Positions 26,941 through 41,775 are shown, numbered from the whole stretch's first letter. The stretch: DNA of 63,218 bases, filler included, from Octopus bimaculoides (GCF_001194135.2; 6 parts of 5 records of this genome joined end to end with filler, not necessarily neighbours in it), one strand, 5' to 3'. Made by a program: numbers and translations. The notes: generated by a model from the sequence alone, not told the origin.

Positions 26941-27784
26941 GATATACAATGTTTTAAGCTAGGATATTGAATCATTGCAAGTGATAGCATTAAACTTAAG
27001 ATATCCCACCCGTGTGAACAACGGAAAGACATGTTCATACAAACGCATATACGTGTGTGTGTACAAATGCATATATGTATATATGCTTGCATATATATAT
27101 ATATATGCATATGCATTTTTGTATATAGTTATATGTAATATCATTCACACAGGCTGCTTACACATGTGTGCATATATGCACAAACAGGTATATCCGTTGA
27201 AGAAACTTCTTTAATAAAAAATATCCTCAAATGCGCGCGCACTCTCACACACATACCCACATACAAACTCACACACATGCATTGATATATGCGTAGTCGT
27301 GATTTCCTGATTGAGTGTGTTATTAGTGTGTGTGTGAGCGTACTTACGAGCCTGTGTTTGCCTGATTTGTGCTTGTGAATACGTGTGAATATCACATACT
27401 CCATCACGTACTATGTATATCACAAATATGAAATAGAAATAGAATACGTATTCAAATTCGAAAAAAATGTTTCTGTGTTATCCATCTTACTGAAATATGT
27501 TTACAATGAAATCTATGTCGACGACGTTGACTTTTTCTACATTGCTTTTAAAAACATTTATATGGAAGGAATATGGAATATTCAAACGTTGGTGCCTTTA
27601 TGGAAATCAGTAGCAATCTGAGTGCTATCGGCTCTAGCGGTGTTAGTTGAACGAAAAGTCCAGAATCAATAATTCAACTAACCCCATGTTTTATTTCTTC
27701 GCGGGCCTACATCGACAAACCTGCTAGAAATACACATACAAGCCCACTGTTACACACATACATTTATATACATACACAGATTTG

Positions 27785-27785
<1 letters not shown>

Positions 27786-27853
<68 letters not shown>
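27786..27853. repeat. (CTAT)n tetranucleotide microsatellite
   Basis: Direct reading. Confidence 0.95.
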
Positions 27854-27854
<1 letters not shown>

Positions 27855-29123
27855 CCTATCTCTCTAAATGTGTATACATAGGTGTGTGTAAGTATATGTG
27901 TATATATACCTATATCCATGTATATATCCTATATACATGATATGCATGTAGAAAACAGACATGTGAGGTTGTTCTATAGAATGTATTACTCAAATATATT
28001 CCATTTTATATGTAGAATGTGCTAACAATTCAGTTTTATTTTTTAACAAAATAATTATATTTTCGCTGAAATGGAGATTGTACCATAACTCTTCCATCAA
28101 AACCTGCCGATGTGATACTTTAATCACAATAGACCAAGTAATTTTGAATTAATTCGGACTTGCATTAGCTAAGAATCTTATAAGATTTTGACAAAATTAT
28201 ACGTTATTGTTGAGAAATGAATGCACACTCATTCCTTTACAATAAAGTTATTAACCAGAATTTCTCACAATATTGCCATTGTTCCACTCCAAACTTTTGT
28301 ATTATATTGTAGCATGAAACATGAATACTTAGCAAACATGTCTCGGCGAGAAGGATCAATGTCTCGGTGATATTTTCCTGTTAAATTACTTCAGCTGAGT
28401 AATATTTTAAAAGAAACAATGTGGCTATTAAAATATCACAGATAATCTTTTATGCTTAATATATGCCTATTCAAACAGTTCTGCAAATATTCGCCTAGTT
28501 TTTTTTTTAGTTTTGAATATGTTACTTTACTTCGTAAATTTATTTAATTGTAGGCAACATTGATTAACAATTTACAATTTGTACATGACTTTTCACCTCG
28601 AAAATTTGCTGGTGCTGTCAAGTTTCACTACAAAATTATAATTCTGGTTGTTCTATTTCACATAAAATTCAGTACACATACAGTCAAAACATATTCCATT
28701 TGTGACCATCTTTCTGTTTTCCCGTTTGGTATACAGTGTGTCTAGTACCATTTTCTCCGTCGACACCTCTGTTATAGTTAATATGATCGGACGAAATTTA
28801 GTTGAGAATTTATTGAACAGTCTCGCATGTTGAGCTATCACATACGTGTCCCTATTGTATTTAATCTAAGAAGTTTGAGAATAAATGCAAAAAAAAACCA
28901 CGTACGTACATATACACACATGCACATATTGAATACAGAAATACAGAAAATACAGAAAATGTTCACTAGAGTTTATAGATCACTAGAGTTGTGGAGACTA
29001 TATAGTTTACTACATAGGATTATTTCATCGTCTTCTGGATATTGTGAAGAAATACTCCCCAAATCGTGGTCACTTCAACAAAATATACTACAATTACCAC
29101 TATTATTTTCTATTATATGCATA

Positions 29124-29162
<39 letters not shown>

Positions 29163-30516
29163 NNNNNNNNNNNNNNNNNNNNNNNNNNNNNNNNNNNNNN
29201 NNNNNNNNNNNNNNNNNNNNNNNNNNNNNNNNNNNNNNNNNNNNNNNNNNNNNNNNNNNNNNNNNNNNNNNNNNNNNNNNNNNNNNNNNNNNNNNNNNNN
29301 NNNNNNNNNNNNNNNNNNNNNNNNNNNNNNNNNNNNNNNNNNNNNNNNNNNNNNNNNNNNNNNNNNNNNNNNNNNNNNNNNNNNNNNNNNNNNNNNNNNN
29401 NNNNNNNNNNNNNNNNNNNNNNNNNNNNNNNNNNNNNNNNNNNNNNNNNNNNNNNNNNNNNNNNNNNNNNNNNNNNNNNNNNNNNNNNNNNNNNNNNNNN
29501 NNNNNNNNNNNNNNNNNNNNNNNNNNNNNNNNNNNNNNNNNNNNNNNNNNNNNNNNNNNNNNNNNNNNNNNNNNNNNNNNNNNNNNNNNNNNNNNNNNNN
29601 NNNNNNNNNNNNNNNNNNNNNNNNNNNNNNNNNNNNNNNNNNNNNNNNNNNNNNNNNNNNNNNNNNNNNNNNNNNNNNNNNNNNNNNNNNNNNNNNNNNN
29701 NNNNNNNNNNNNNNNNNNNNNNNNNNNNNNNNNNNNNNNNNNNNNNNNNNNNNNNNNNNNNNNNNNNNNNNNNNNNNNNNNNNNNNNNNNNNNNNNNNNN
29801 NNNNNNNNNNNNNNNNNNNNNNNNNNNNNNNNNNNNNNNNNNNNNNNNNNNNNNNNNNNNNNNNNNNNNNNNNNNNNNNNNNNNNNNNNNNNNNNNNNNN
29901 NNNNNNNNNNNNNNNNNNNNNNNNNNNNNNNNNNNNNNNNNNNAGTGTATTTGTGTATACGTCTATTTAGTATACGTTAATACATTAATAGAGTTTGGGA
30001 GATAAATTATTAAATATTGAGATAGATAGGTTCATAAACAGACAGATATATAGATATATCAATAAGTATGGAAACATTGCAAATGAAAATACATACGTTG
30101 AATGCGTATTTCAAATAACGTAAGGTAATGTGTCTATGAAGGTACACAAAGAAATATGTAGTAAAACATGTCAATGCATGAATGCATTTGTGTTCATGTA
30201 TGAATGTAAATATGTGTATCTCTCGTTCCCTCTCTCTCTCTCTCTTTCTATGTATCTAACTATTTATCTCTCTCTGTCTGTCTAACTATCTATCTCTCTA
30301 TCTATATAGGTATGTATATATGTATATGTATGCATGTGCCTGAGTATATAAATGCATATGTATGCGTACAGATACACACGCATATGTTGCTGGAAAATGA
30401 AAACATTTTGAGAGAAAACATATTCAAAACGAAAATAAGAATTCCAACTTGGTGTGTTTACTTATAATTACTCTATTTCATATATATACATATGTATATA
30501 CATATACATATGTAGG

Positions 30517-30551
<35 letters not shown>

Positions 30552-30622
30552 CGCACACACACATATGTCTGTGTATGTGTATGCGCGTGAGTACTCTCAC
30601 TCTCTCTCTCTCTCTCTCTCTC

Positions 30623-30660
<38 letters not shown>

Positions 30661-30974
30661 CGTGGTCTGATTAATATGTATCTGAACTGATGTTATAGTT
30701 TATGTTCATATTCACATACCCAGGCCTATTCCCCATTTAGTCTTTTAGGAGGCGGTAGCCACCACAAGACACACATCTGGCATTCCATTTATTTTCCAGG
30801 TCAAAGCGGCGAGCCCCGTTTTATGCTCTGGTCAACGCACAGAACGCAACTCCCAGTATCAGCAGCGGGGCCCAATAGCCTATGCTTGTTTGCTCCCACC
30901 GGATCATGCTGGTTCCGTTCCCTTTTAGCAATATCAGAATTCACTCAACTGTCCACACTCTCCAAGCTCTTCTA

Positions 30975-31330
30975 TCATTTATATACTCTGTGATAATTTA
31001 CTGAACTGAACCGTACCTAATCTGCACTACTTCTGATTGATAACTCTAGGATGGTGTTTCGACGATTTTCCCTCAGAGCTGCACGTACATCTCCGATGTT
31101 CTACCCACTTTAGCTAGTTGCGGGTCTTCCAGAACGTTCAAAATTTCAACATTTTTTTCGGCCATCTTGGAAAATTTTTAGCCATTCGTGCACTTGTGTG
31201 CAGCTCGTACACTCCCCTCTATACCCTTTCTGCAAAATTGCACAGGCCTCTGAGCAGGTATCACCATGACAACTTTCTCTGTTATGATCAATGCGACGAT
31301 AACACGCATACAGGTTCCTTTCAAGCACTG
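30975..31330 (-). pseudogene. Mariner transposase N-terminal (HTH) remnant
   Basis: Minus strand reads GDTCSEACAILQKGYRGECTSCTQVHEWLKIFQDGRK, then after a frameshift ERSGRPATS..NIGDVRAALRENRRNTILEL...YGSVQ.IITE. Confidence 0.75.
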
Positions 31331-31572
31331 CTGTAAAGAGTGGAAGAGGACAAAGAAAGTTAAAACCTAGAGCGCATGCACAGCAAAGATAAAGGTCAAT
31401 CTATGCCAAGCAGTTTTACTCTTCGTGTTTTAGCTTCGTTACTATGGCAACAGTCCGGACACTTATTGACCAGACCTAGAAAACAAATATATATATATAT
31501 GTATGTATGTGCGTGTGTATGCGTGTGTATATGCATATCTATAAGTATGTACGTATATATATATATATATAT

Positions 31573-31625
<53 letters not shown>

Positions 31626-32969
31626 NNNNNNNNNNNNNNNNNNNNNNNNNNNNNNNNNNNNNNNNNNNNNNNNNNNNNNNNNNNNNNNNNNNNNNNNNNN
31701 NNNNNNNNNNNNNNNNNNNNNNNNNNNNNNNNNNNNNNNNNNNNNNNNNNNNNNNNNNNNNNNNNNNNNNNNNNNNNNNNNNNNNNNNNNNNNNNNNNNN
31801 NNNNNNNNNNNNNNNNNNNNNNNNNNNNNNNNNNNNNNNNNNNNNNNNNNNNNNNNNNNNNNNNNNNNNNNNNNNNNNNNNNNNNNNNNNNNNNNNNNNN
31901 NNNNNNNNNNNNNNNNNNNNNNNNNNNNNNNNNNNNNNNNNNNNNNNNNNNNNNNNNNNNNNNNNNNNNNNNNNNNNNNNNNNNNNNNNNNNNNNNNNNN
32001 NNNNNNNNNNNNNNNNNNNNNNNNNNNNNNNNNNNNNNNNNNNNNNNNNNNNNNNNNNNNNNNNNNNNNNNNNNNNNNNNNNNNNNNNNNNNNNNNNNNN
32101 NNNNNNNNNNNNNNNNNNNNNNNNNNNNNNNNNNNNNNNNNNNNNNNNNNNNNNNNNNNNNNNNNNNNNNNNNNNNNNNNNNNNNNNNNNNNNNNNNNNN
32201 NNNNNNNNNNNNNNNNNNNNNNNNNNNNNNNNNNNNNNNNNNNNNNNNNNNNNNNNNNNNNNNNNNNNNNNNNNNNNNNNNNNNNNNNNNNNNNNNNNNN
32301 NNNNNNNNNNNNNNNNNNNNNNNNNNNNNNNNNNNNNNNNNNNNNNNNNNNNNNNNNNNNNNNNNNNNNNNNNNNNNNNNNNNNNNNNNNNNNNNNNNNN
32401 NNNNNNNNNNNNNNNNNNNNNNNNNNNNNNNNNNNNNNNNNNNNNNNNNNNNNNNNNNNNNNNNNNNNNNNNNNNNNNNNNNNNNNNNNNNNNNNNNNNN
32501 NNNNNNNNNNNNNNNNNNNNNNNNNNNNNNNNNNNNNNNNNNNNNNNNNNNNNNNNNNNNNNNNNNNNNNNNNNNNNNNNNNNNNNNNNNNNNNNNNNNN
32601 NNNNNNNNNNNNNNNNNNNNNNATATATATATATATATATATATGCTTGTATATGCATACACACACACACACACACGCACACACACACATATATATATAT
32701 ATGTGTGTGTGTGTGTGAATGTGTATACATGTGTGTGTGCATGTGTATGTATAAATCGAATATAAATAGTCACAGTTAAATAGTAGTCTATCACGAGTCA
32801 CTCTAGTAATAACGCACACTGCATTAAAAGTCCCAACGTCTACTGTGTAAGCATTTCGAGTTTATTTGATATGTATCTAAGGATATATCTCCCTGCTTAT
32901 TTATATGTCTCTAACTCCATCCATTCTCTATCTATGTATAAACACACATACTGTGTCGCACACACTCAC

Positions 32970-33003
<34 letters not shown>

Positions 33004-33557
33004 NNNNNNNNNNNNNNNNNNNNNNNNNNNNNNNNNNNNNNNNNNNNNNNNNNNNNNNNNNNNNNNNNNNNNNNNNNNNNNNNNNNNNNNNNNNNNNNNN
33101 NNNNNNNNNNNNNNNNNNNNNNNNNNNNNNNNNNNNNNNNNNNNNNNNNNNNATATATATGCCTGCGCATCTATGTATGTATGTATCTCTCTCTCACTCT
33201 CTCTCACTCTCTCTCTCTCTCTCTCTCTCTCTTTCTATCTATCTATCTATCTATCTATCTATATCTATATATATATATACACACACACATTATTTATATA
33301 CATGCCTAACTTTTCACAAATAAATATAAATAAGGTATATATATCAAGTCATTAAGAATGAAACGTCCGATATTCTTATGCACCTTGTTTGACAGTTGTT
33401 AACTTTAACCCTTTATTCTAACAATTCTTTGTTTTACAACATTGAAGAGTTACATCGTCACTATTCGAAATGCTATTCATGGTGTCTGATTATATAGTGA
33501 GTTTCCTCTGGTAAATGATTCTTTTGTGAACCCATGGATAGATCAAAAATTTGCGAG

Positions 33558-33716
33558 GCGATTGGATCGACCACCGTACGCAACTGGTACTTAATTTATC
33601 GATCTCGAAAGGATGAAAGGCAAAGTCGACCTCGACGTAATTTGAACTCAGAACGTAGTGGCAGACGAAATACCGATCAGCATTTCGCCCGCCGTGCTAA
33701 CGTTTCTGCCAGCTCG
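33558..33716 (-). mobile_element. tRNA-derived SINE family 2
   Basis: Reverse complement of the 38049 copy ('gcgagctggcagaaacgttagcacgg...gttctgagttcaaatt...gcctttcatcctttcg'). Confidence 0.85.
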
Positions 33717-34369
33717 CTGCCTTAACCCGCTAATCATAATGACATCCCTCTAACGGCGCTGAGAAATCACATGCATTATGTATTTATGTAACCATTCATG
33801 TTTGAATATATGTATGCACGCATAATTGGAAATACATATGTGTATGTTCGTTTGTTTGTTTGTTTGTTTGTCTGTTTGTTTGTTTGCAATAGTGTGATCG
33901 CGTTCGTGTATGTGGGAGAGCATTCGTTGCGAAATTTAAGATACGTGAGAATAATTTTGGTATTTTGTGACCTGCTGTATGATTGTGATACTAACTAAAA
34001 TCAAATTCCTTAGAGTTGACGTGACCTTTTAACAGATATAAAATGGAAAGTAATCTATCATAAATACAAAATATTCTTCCAAAATATGTACACAGATTGA
34101 AGTCAATTTTATAATGTCATTATTTATTAAAATACATTTCCTTTCAAAATTTAATAGGATCTACAAACACAATTTTATTTTATTTTATGAACGGTTGCAT
34201 TAAAACTGATGGCAGTTCTCAATGAACTGCTAATAACGTGAAGCAATGGCATCGCAAATATCAATAAACATTTCGTGTGCATTTCCCTTCATTGGTTGCT
34301 TTCAAATCTCCGAATCTTGCCTGTTGTGTACAACAAAATATCCCTAATTAGTTCCTTCTGACATGTTTC

Positions 34370-34735
34370 AGGGTTCAGCCCCACTGCGTAAGAACATGGG
34401 CATGTGTCTTCTACTATAGCTTCGGGCCCAGTGGATTTGGTAGTGGAAAATTGCAAGGTCATCGTATATTCGTGTGTGTGTGTGTGTTTGTGTATGTGTG
34501 TGTGTATGTGCGTGCGTGCGTGCGTGCGTGCGTGTATGTATATATATATATATATATATTTTCATATGTGTCAGTTTTTGACGCCCACTGTCACCGCCTG
34601 ACAACCGGCGCTGGTTCGTTTACGACGCTGTAACATAGCGGTTCGGCAAAAGTACCGATGGAATGAGTTCTAAGATTAAAAACTAGAATTAATGGGATCG
34701 ATTTGTTTGAATACAATTCTTCAAAGCGGTGCCAC
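34370..34735 (+). mobile_element. SINE family 1, diverged copy
   Basis: Core 'gtgtcttctactatagcttcgggccc' and 'gacaaccggcgctggttcgtttacg'. Confidence 0.75.
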
Positions 34736-34967
34736 ATATCTATACACTCAGACATATATTATAATATATCCATGAGAAAATACCAAACACTTTCTGGAAG
34801 AATTAAAGACTAACATGAAAGGAAAATGTTATACATCTTTCAAATACCACTGATACAAAGCAGCATTGATTTGATTTTCTTAAAGGGAAATTATATGACC
34901 TGCTTACTCAAAATCCAACTTACAAGTATATTACCGTAAATCCAAGCAAATTAAACACTGACATATA

Positions 34968-35023
34968 CAGTAGTACCTCGTTTTCAAACAACTCTGATCG
35001 CGGATAAATCGTGTGTATGTATG

Positions 35024-35073
<50 letters not shown>

Positions 35074-35263
35074 GATAGATAGATAGATAAATAGATAGAT
35101 AGTTAGATAGATAGATAGATAGATATAAAGAACGATTTATTCGTGATCAGAGGTGTTCGTAAACCGAGGCACTACTGCATTAAATGAATATGAGAAAAAC
35201 AGGAGATAAAGATAAAGCAGATTTATCCGTTATCAGACTTGTTCGAAAACCGAGGTTCTACTG
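34968..35263. mobile_element. pogo/Tigger-type MITE with ~45-bp TIRs; one left TIR and two right TIRs
   Basis: Left TIR ta|cagtagtacctcgttttcaaacaactctgatcgcggataaatc. Right TIRs end at 35177 (aaaccgaggcactactg) and 35263 (aaaccgaggttctactg|ta). Confidence 0.75.
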
Positions 35264-36516
35264 TATATAGAATCAGTATACATTCAAACATACACAAACA
35301 CACACAAAGGCACTCATACACAAAAGAAGCCATATTTCTATACACATTCATATATATGTTCACATATAAATATATGGAGATATATATTTGTGTGGTTTTT
35401 GTTCAAACGTCTGCGCATATATATATATATATATATTTATAAACATAATTAAGGGATCAGCAAACAGTTGCTTCACGAAATTAATAAATTGATAAATCTT
35501 TACCCTTATATATATATATATATATATATATANNNNNNNNNNNNNNNNNNNNNNNNNNNNNNNNNNNNNNNNNNNNNNNNNNNNNNNNNNNNNNNNNNNN
35601 NNNNNNNNNNNNNNNNNNNNNNNNNNNNNNNNNNNNNNNNNNNNNNNNNNNNNNNNNNNNNNNNNNNNNNNNNNNNNNNNNNNNNNNNNNNNNNNNNNNN
35701 NNNNNNNNNNNNNNNNNNNNNNNNNNNNNNNNNNNNNNNNNNNNNNNNNNNNNNNNNNNNNNNNNNNNNNNNNNNNNNNNNNNNNNNNNNNNNNNNNNNN
35801 NNNNNNNNNNNNNNNNNNNNNNNNNNNNNNNNNNNNNNNNNNNNNNNNNNNNNNNNNNNNNNNNNNNNNNNNNNNNNNNNNNNNNNNNNNNNNNNNNNNN
35901 NNNNNNNNNNNNNNNNNNNNNNNNNNNNNNNNNNNNNNNNNNNNNNNNNNNNNNNNNNNNNNNNNNNNNNNNNNNNNNNNNNNNNNNNNNNNNNNNNNNN
36001 NNNNNNNNNNNNNNNNNNNNNNNNNNNNNNNNNNNNNNNNNNNNNNNNNNNNNNNNNNNNNNNNNNNNNNNNNNNNNNNNNNNNNNNNNNNNNNNNNNNN
36101 NNNNNNNNNNNNNNNNNNNNNNNNNNNNNNNNNNNNNNNNNNNNNNNNNNNNNNNNNNNNNNNNNNNNNNNNNNNNNNNNNNNNNNNNNNNNNNNNNNNN
36201 NNNNNNNNNNNNNNNNNNNNNNNNNNNNNNNNNNNNNNNNNNNNNNNNNNNNNNNNNNNNNNNNNNNNNNNNNNNNNNNNNNNNNNNNNNNNNNNNNNNN
36301 NNNNNNNNNNNNNNNNNNNNNNNNNNNNNNNNNNNNNNNNNNNNNNNNNNNNNNNNNNNNNNNNNNNNNNNNNNNNNNNNNNNNNNNNNNNNNNNNNNNN
36401 NNNNNNNNNNNNNNNNNNNNNNNNNNNNNNNNNNNNNNNNNNNNNNNNNNNNNNNNNNNNNNNNNNNNNNNNNNNNNNNNNNNNNNNNNNNNNNNNNNNN
36501 NNNNNNNNNNNNNNNN

Positions 36517-36608
<92 letters not shown>

Positions 36609-37039
36609 GTTCGTATTTATACATATTATCGTTATATATAAACAATATTCTCTAATGAGTTTATGTCTTATGTGAATGCATATGTGTAGCTTGTACAAAT
36701 GGTGCACTGCTAATATAGAGTGGTTTTGTACCGACAGTAGATCTGACATTAATCACAATTAACTGAAGAAAAGTTCAATAGGTCAACGATCTTGGGGATT
36801 AATGTAAAATTATTGATGGTTTGTCTGTCAGTTGACAACGTTCAACAACATCAGAAAAGAAAAATTAGCTTATTAAAACCTTGTTTCATTCATTTATTTC
36901 CTTAGCCGTTTCAGACGTATGTTTTAGAAATAACTTTAACTGATGTCAAATAGATTTACACTTTGTTATCGTAAATTTCTTTCATGTAAACGTAAGTGAT
37001 TTACTAAAGATCGAAACTTAGGATGTTGTGACTGTTTAA

Positions 37040-37198
37040 CATGAAAATAATTACGATCACCGTTATCAGAATTACAATAATCGTGGGTATTATAATTACA
37101 ATCATAATATACACAATGATAATAGTCATAATCATGATAAGCTTTATAGTAATGTTTATTATTATCATAACCATAAATATTGAGACCATAAGTCGCAC

Positions 37199-37294
<96 letters not shown>

Positions 37295-37980
37295 TTATAT
37301 ATATAAATCCCCAACATAATTACGACTATTTTTATGAACAAGTTCCTAATAATTACAATCATAATATGCACAATACCAATATCCTCATATTATGTTCACA
37401 TGTTATAGGTAGAGGGTACATATTTCATCGACCTCAAAATGATGAAAGGCAATATCGACGGATTTGGAACATGATGACAAAGTACCGCTTAGCATTTTAT
37501 CCCGTAACTATAATAATCACCATCATAATTGTCTCATTCATAATCTTTTTAATCATAATAATAATGGCGGATTAAAATTTTGGCACGCTGCCGGCCATTT
37601 GGAGAGGAGGTGCTCGTCGGTACCGCCGACCCAGTAATATAGACTGATAATTTATTTCCTTTGCCACTGAGATATGAAAAGTGAAGTTAATACAAGAAGA
37701 ATTTAAACTGAGAACGCTATCAGTCGGAAGAATTGCTGAGACATTTCTGCAAAGCTCTCATTATTCTGCCACTTCAGTGCCCGATCATATTGATACTAAT
37801 CACGATCGTAATTGTCTCATCCATATTTATCATTATTATAATGATCATATCGGTAATAATCACTATAGCAATTACAATGTCCAAAGTAGTAATAGCCACA
37901 ATCATACTCTAATGATCACTCCTATAATAATCACCCTCATCAATGATGATTATCGCTATTATGATAATCACCATATTAAT
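37040..37980. repeat. Degenerate (ATA/ATC)n trinucleotide tracts interleaved with (CA)n/(TA)n and SINE fragments
   Basis: Direct reading. Confidence 0.7.
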
Positions 37981-38048
37981 CATTTCGGGGTCGATAAATT
38001 AAGTACCAGTCAAGTAGTGAGGTCGATGTAATCGACTATCTCCCTTAC

Positions 38049-38210
38049 CGAGCTGGCAGAATCGTTAGCACGCCGGGCAAACAGCTTAGCGCTATTGTGT
38101 CCTTCTTTACGTTCTGCGTTGAAATCCCGCTGCGTTCGACTATGGCTTTCATCCTTTCTAGATCGATAAAATGTGTATTAGCTCTGCACTTGGGTCAATA
38201 TAATCGACTG
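38049..38210 (+). mobile_element. tRNA-derived SINE family 2
   Basis: Head 'cgagctggcagaatcgttagcacgccgggc', B-box-like 'gttgaaatccc', body 'gctttcatcctttctagatcgataaaatg'. Confidence 0.85.
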
Positions 38211-39274
38211 CTACACCGCTTAACATGCTGGCCTTCTGTCAAAATTTGAAACCATTATTATACTCAGAATCATTATTGTCAATGTCTATTACTTTAAGTA
38301 TAAACTGTAGAAGAATATAAAAATAATTTACTGAAATCATTTACCAAGCAAAACAATTTCAGTCAAATGTATAAGATTTGCATTCGGGGAAATTCTCTGG
38401 TACATATGAGCATTTATTTTATTTATTTACGTTTATGGAAAGGATTAAAACCAACCAAAAATCGTAACAAAATATCTAGAAAACATATTTACATTGGTGT
38501 CTAGTTAGGTGATCTCTCAGCCTAAGTTTATGAAAGAAAGTGTTCCAAAAGTCACTGTGAGAGAGATGGCACAAAAATCTATCGAACAATGAAAAATGTA
38601 TAATGCACAAATGCGGAAATTCGGATGTAAAATTGCATAGCAGAATTTCTTAGAATACGCATTTGATACTTAAAGTAAGTATTTTCTTTTCCCATTCGTT
38701 ACACCTGACCATTTACGGTTGCTATGGTTATCAGTTGGGATCTTGCTTGGAGATGAACACAATTGTTAAGAGCTTCTCTTCTATTGCATATTATTCGTGA
38801 AAGACTTTCTTCTCCTTTATCGATAGATGTTTAATATGAAACAAGTGATATGTTAAATCGAACGTATAAGAGTAGGAGATATCCAATGAGATATTTTCGA
38901 AAACTGAGATGAATACAACTTTCTCAATGTAATCTTAAAGGGTCTTAGCGTTGGCATAACATATTTTACCAAACATTCTCTGGTGATAAATATAAAATAT
39001 CATTGCCAAAGAAGTCGGGAACCGAACGGTTTCAGTTCTAGCTGAATCAGTAAATTATCGGAAAAAATGTATTTTACTATTTCTTCCGGCTCTTTGCATT
39101 CTTAGTTTAAATCACCTAGGGGTAAATTTCACCTTCCGATTTTACACTTCCCTTAAAATAAAATAAGTCGAATGATGGTAGCGATAGTATCAGATCCAAC
39201 CTTCTGCTCTTCAAATACTGACCTCGCGATGACATCAGAAGTAATACTAATTTATAATTTTGGCACAAAGAGAG

Positions 39275-39570
39275 CAGGTTCGGGGCGGGGTTGAGTCGAT
39301 TACATCGCCCACATTGCTCAAATGGTACTCATTTTCTTGACCCCCGAAGTAGGAAAAACGAAGTCGATCTCGGCAGAATTTGAACTCAGAACATACAGAC
39401 AGCGAGCCGGCAGGATCATTAGTAAGCGGTGAAAAACGCTTACCAGCATCTGTCTTTACGCTCAAACTTCAAATTCTGTCTTGGTCAGTTGTGGCTTTCA
39501 ACTTTTCCGGTGTCTATAAAACAAGTAACAATTCAATATTGGGGTTGGTGTAATTGACTTACCCAGTATG
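39275..39570. mobile_element. Two SINE family 2 copies head-to-head (minus, then plus)
   Basis: 39275-39400 is the reverse complement of the family body; 39440-39570 is a degenerate plus-strand copy. Confidence 0.6.
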
Positions 39571-39964
39571 TCCCGAACTAGCTCGAGAGATGAAGGGTGG
39601 AAGGGAGAGAAAGTGATGAGTTTGTGTGTATGTGTGCATGCATGTGTGTACATTTATTGTTCTCTTTCTTTTTGTCCCCTCACTGCTTGATGGCCATCGT
39701 TTGTTTACGAACCAGTAACTGAGTTGTTCGGCGAAAGACCGAATCGAATAAGTGACAGATTTTAAAAATTAGTACTGAGTCGGCTTTTTCGACTAAATCT
39801 TTTAAGGCGATGTCTCTGCATGGTCGCCTTCCTATTTTTAACAGAAATAGTAAAGAAAACTTTCGGACATATTTTTTTATAGCATAGTTCTCTTTGACAT
39901 TGACAAAATAATCTTTTTCCTTCAGACAAATATAATGCGATATATGTGATATATCTATAGAAAC

Positions 39965-39999
<35 letters not shown>

Positions 40000-41010
40000 T
40001 GAATAAATACATATAGACATACATATACACAAGCATTTGGTCGCTATAAACAAATCATCTAACGACGGGAGAGCCCATTATATATGTATATATATATATG
40101 TAAATGCATAGGTTTGTCTATGATGTATAGCTTTGGACGTGCATACATGAATGCGTGTATATATACATAAATACATCAAAGTGAATATATTTATTTTAGT
40201 ACCTGTAGATGAGTATGCACATTCGCTATTGTTGTGGCTAGATCTTCCCAGCAGATTTCATGATTCAACCAAATCCTTGTTCTGCTTAGAAATGATTCCT
40301 TATTATAATTCTTATACTCCTGTGTAAACTTGAAGATGCAGCAAATAAACGCGAATATTCAGAGGCATTAGGATACGCTAGCTTTTTAAATAAACGAGAA
40401 GTGAATAAATAATAAAACACAATTCGCCGAGTTAAAATAGATTTGACAACACAAATAAATGGTTTAGCAAATTTCAGTGCAATATTTTCAACAGGAAAGG
40501 AAAATAGCATAACAAGAAGTAAATACAAGAAAAAACAAATGCAAAGAAAGCATAAAAGACTACAAAAAACGATAAAAGCAATAAAATCAACTTTCATAAT
40601 AATAAAGATAGCTAATATGTGACAACAATAGGAATTCGAATATTAAACACAACAGCCAACAACATACAAAACCATATCAACTGTACCAATAGCATTGACA
40701 ATTCCTTGGTGTTAGCAAGAGTGACAGAAATATTAATACACCAGAACTGGGAGTATGAAGGCATTATCAAGAAGAGCATAAATATTAACTACTGGAGAAG
40801 AGCAAAAGGAGTAAAACAATGAATATGGAATATCTGAAATCGGAACTGCATGTATTTCAAGGATCTAAAACTTGAAGAGCATACATTTTCGAGGACTCCA
40901 AAGAAATATTACTGCTCGGCTGCACTTAATTTCATTGAATAGATGAATTCTATTATCATTCGGCATGTATGGCAGAACTCATTGTGTTTCGTCAGAATAT
41001 TGTAGACAAC

Positions 41011-41011
<1 letters not shown>

Positions 41012-41074
<63 letters not shown>

Positions 41075-41082
41075 GTTTATCC

Positions 41083-41144
<62 letters not shown>
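41012..41144. repeat. (CTAT)n microsatellite
   Basis: Direct reading. Confidence 0.95.
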
Positions 41145-41319
41145 AGCCCTGTCTCTCTCTCTTTCTCTTTCTCTCACTCTCTCACTCTCTCTCATTATAT
41201 CTGTACGTTGCTTTGTATGTGTAACTATATTTGTGTTAATGTATATGTTTATTAATTTGCCTTTCCTAATTTATATAATATTCCGGCCATGCTACGTCAC
41301 TACCTCGAGGAATTTTTAG

Positions 41320-41610
41320 ACGAACAAATACCCCCCACCACTACTACTTCCGTTTTGAAGACTAGTACTTATTCTACCAAACCCTTTTGCTGAACCACTA
41401 AGTTACGTGGATGTACCCATCAACACCACTTGTCAAACCGTGGTAGCGGGCACTGGCACAGATACAGACACACATATACACACATATATACACACACAAG
41501 TCCTTGGTTGTCCCGAAGCTATAGTGGAACACACTCCCCCAATGTTCCACGCAGTGGAACTGTATCTCAAACTGTGTGGTTGGGAAGCAAACTTGTTACT
41601 ACACAACCAC
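41320..41610 (-). mobile_element. SINE family 1, diverged copy
   Basis: 'gctgaaccactaagttacgtggatg', 'gaagctatagtggaacac' and 'ccacgcagtggaactg' match the family. Confidence 0.75.
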
Positions 41611-41775
41611 ACACATAACTGAATATCTGAATGCATATATATATACGTGTGTGTATGTGGTTATGTATGTATGTATGTATGTATGTATATGTATGTATGT
41701 GCATGTATGTATGCACATGCATGTATGTATATGTATCTTTACATTTTAAATATATTTACTCATATATATATATAG

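Noticed and set aside
27643-27683. 10-bp inverted repeat gttagttgaa/ttcaactaac as a pre-miRNA
   Set aside because: The stem is too short and the ~21-nt interior is unpaired.
40250-40830. Possible Penelope-like ORF remnant or membrane-protein ORF
   Set aside because: Only vague similarity and multiple stops; the minus-strand hydrophobicity reflects A-rich plus-strand composition.
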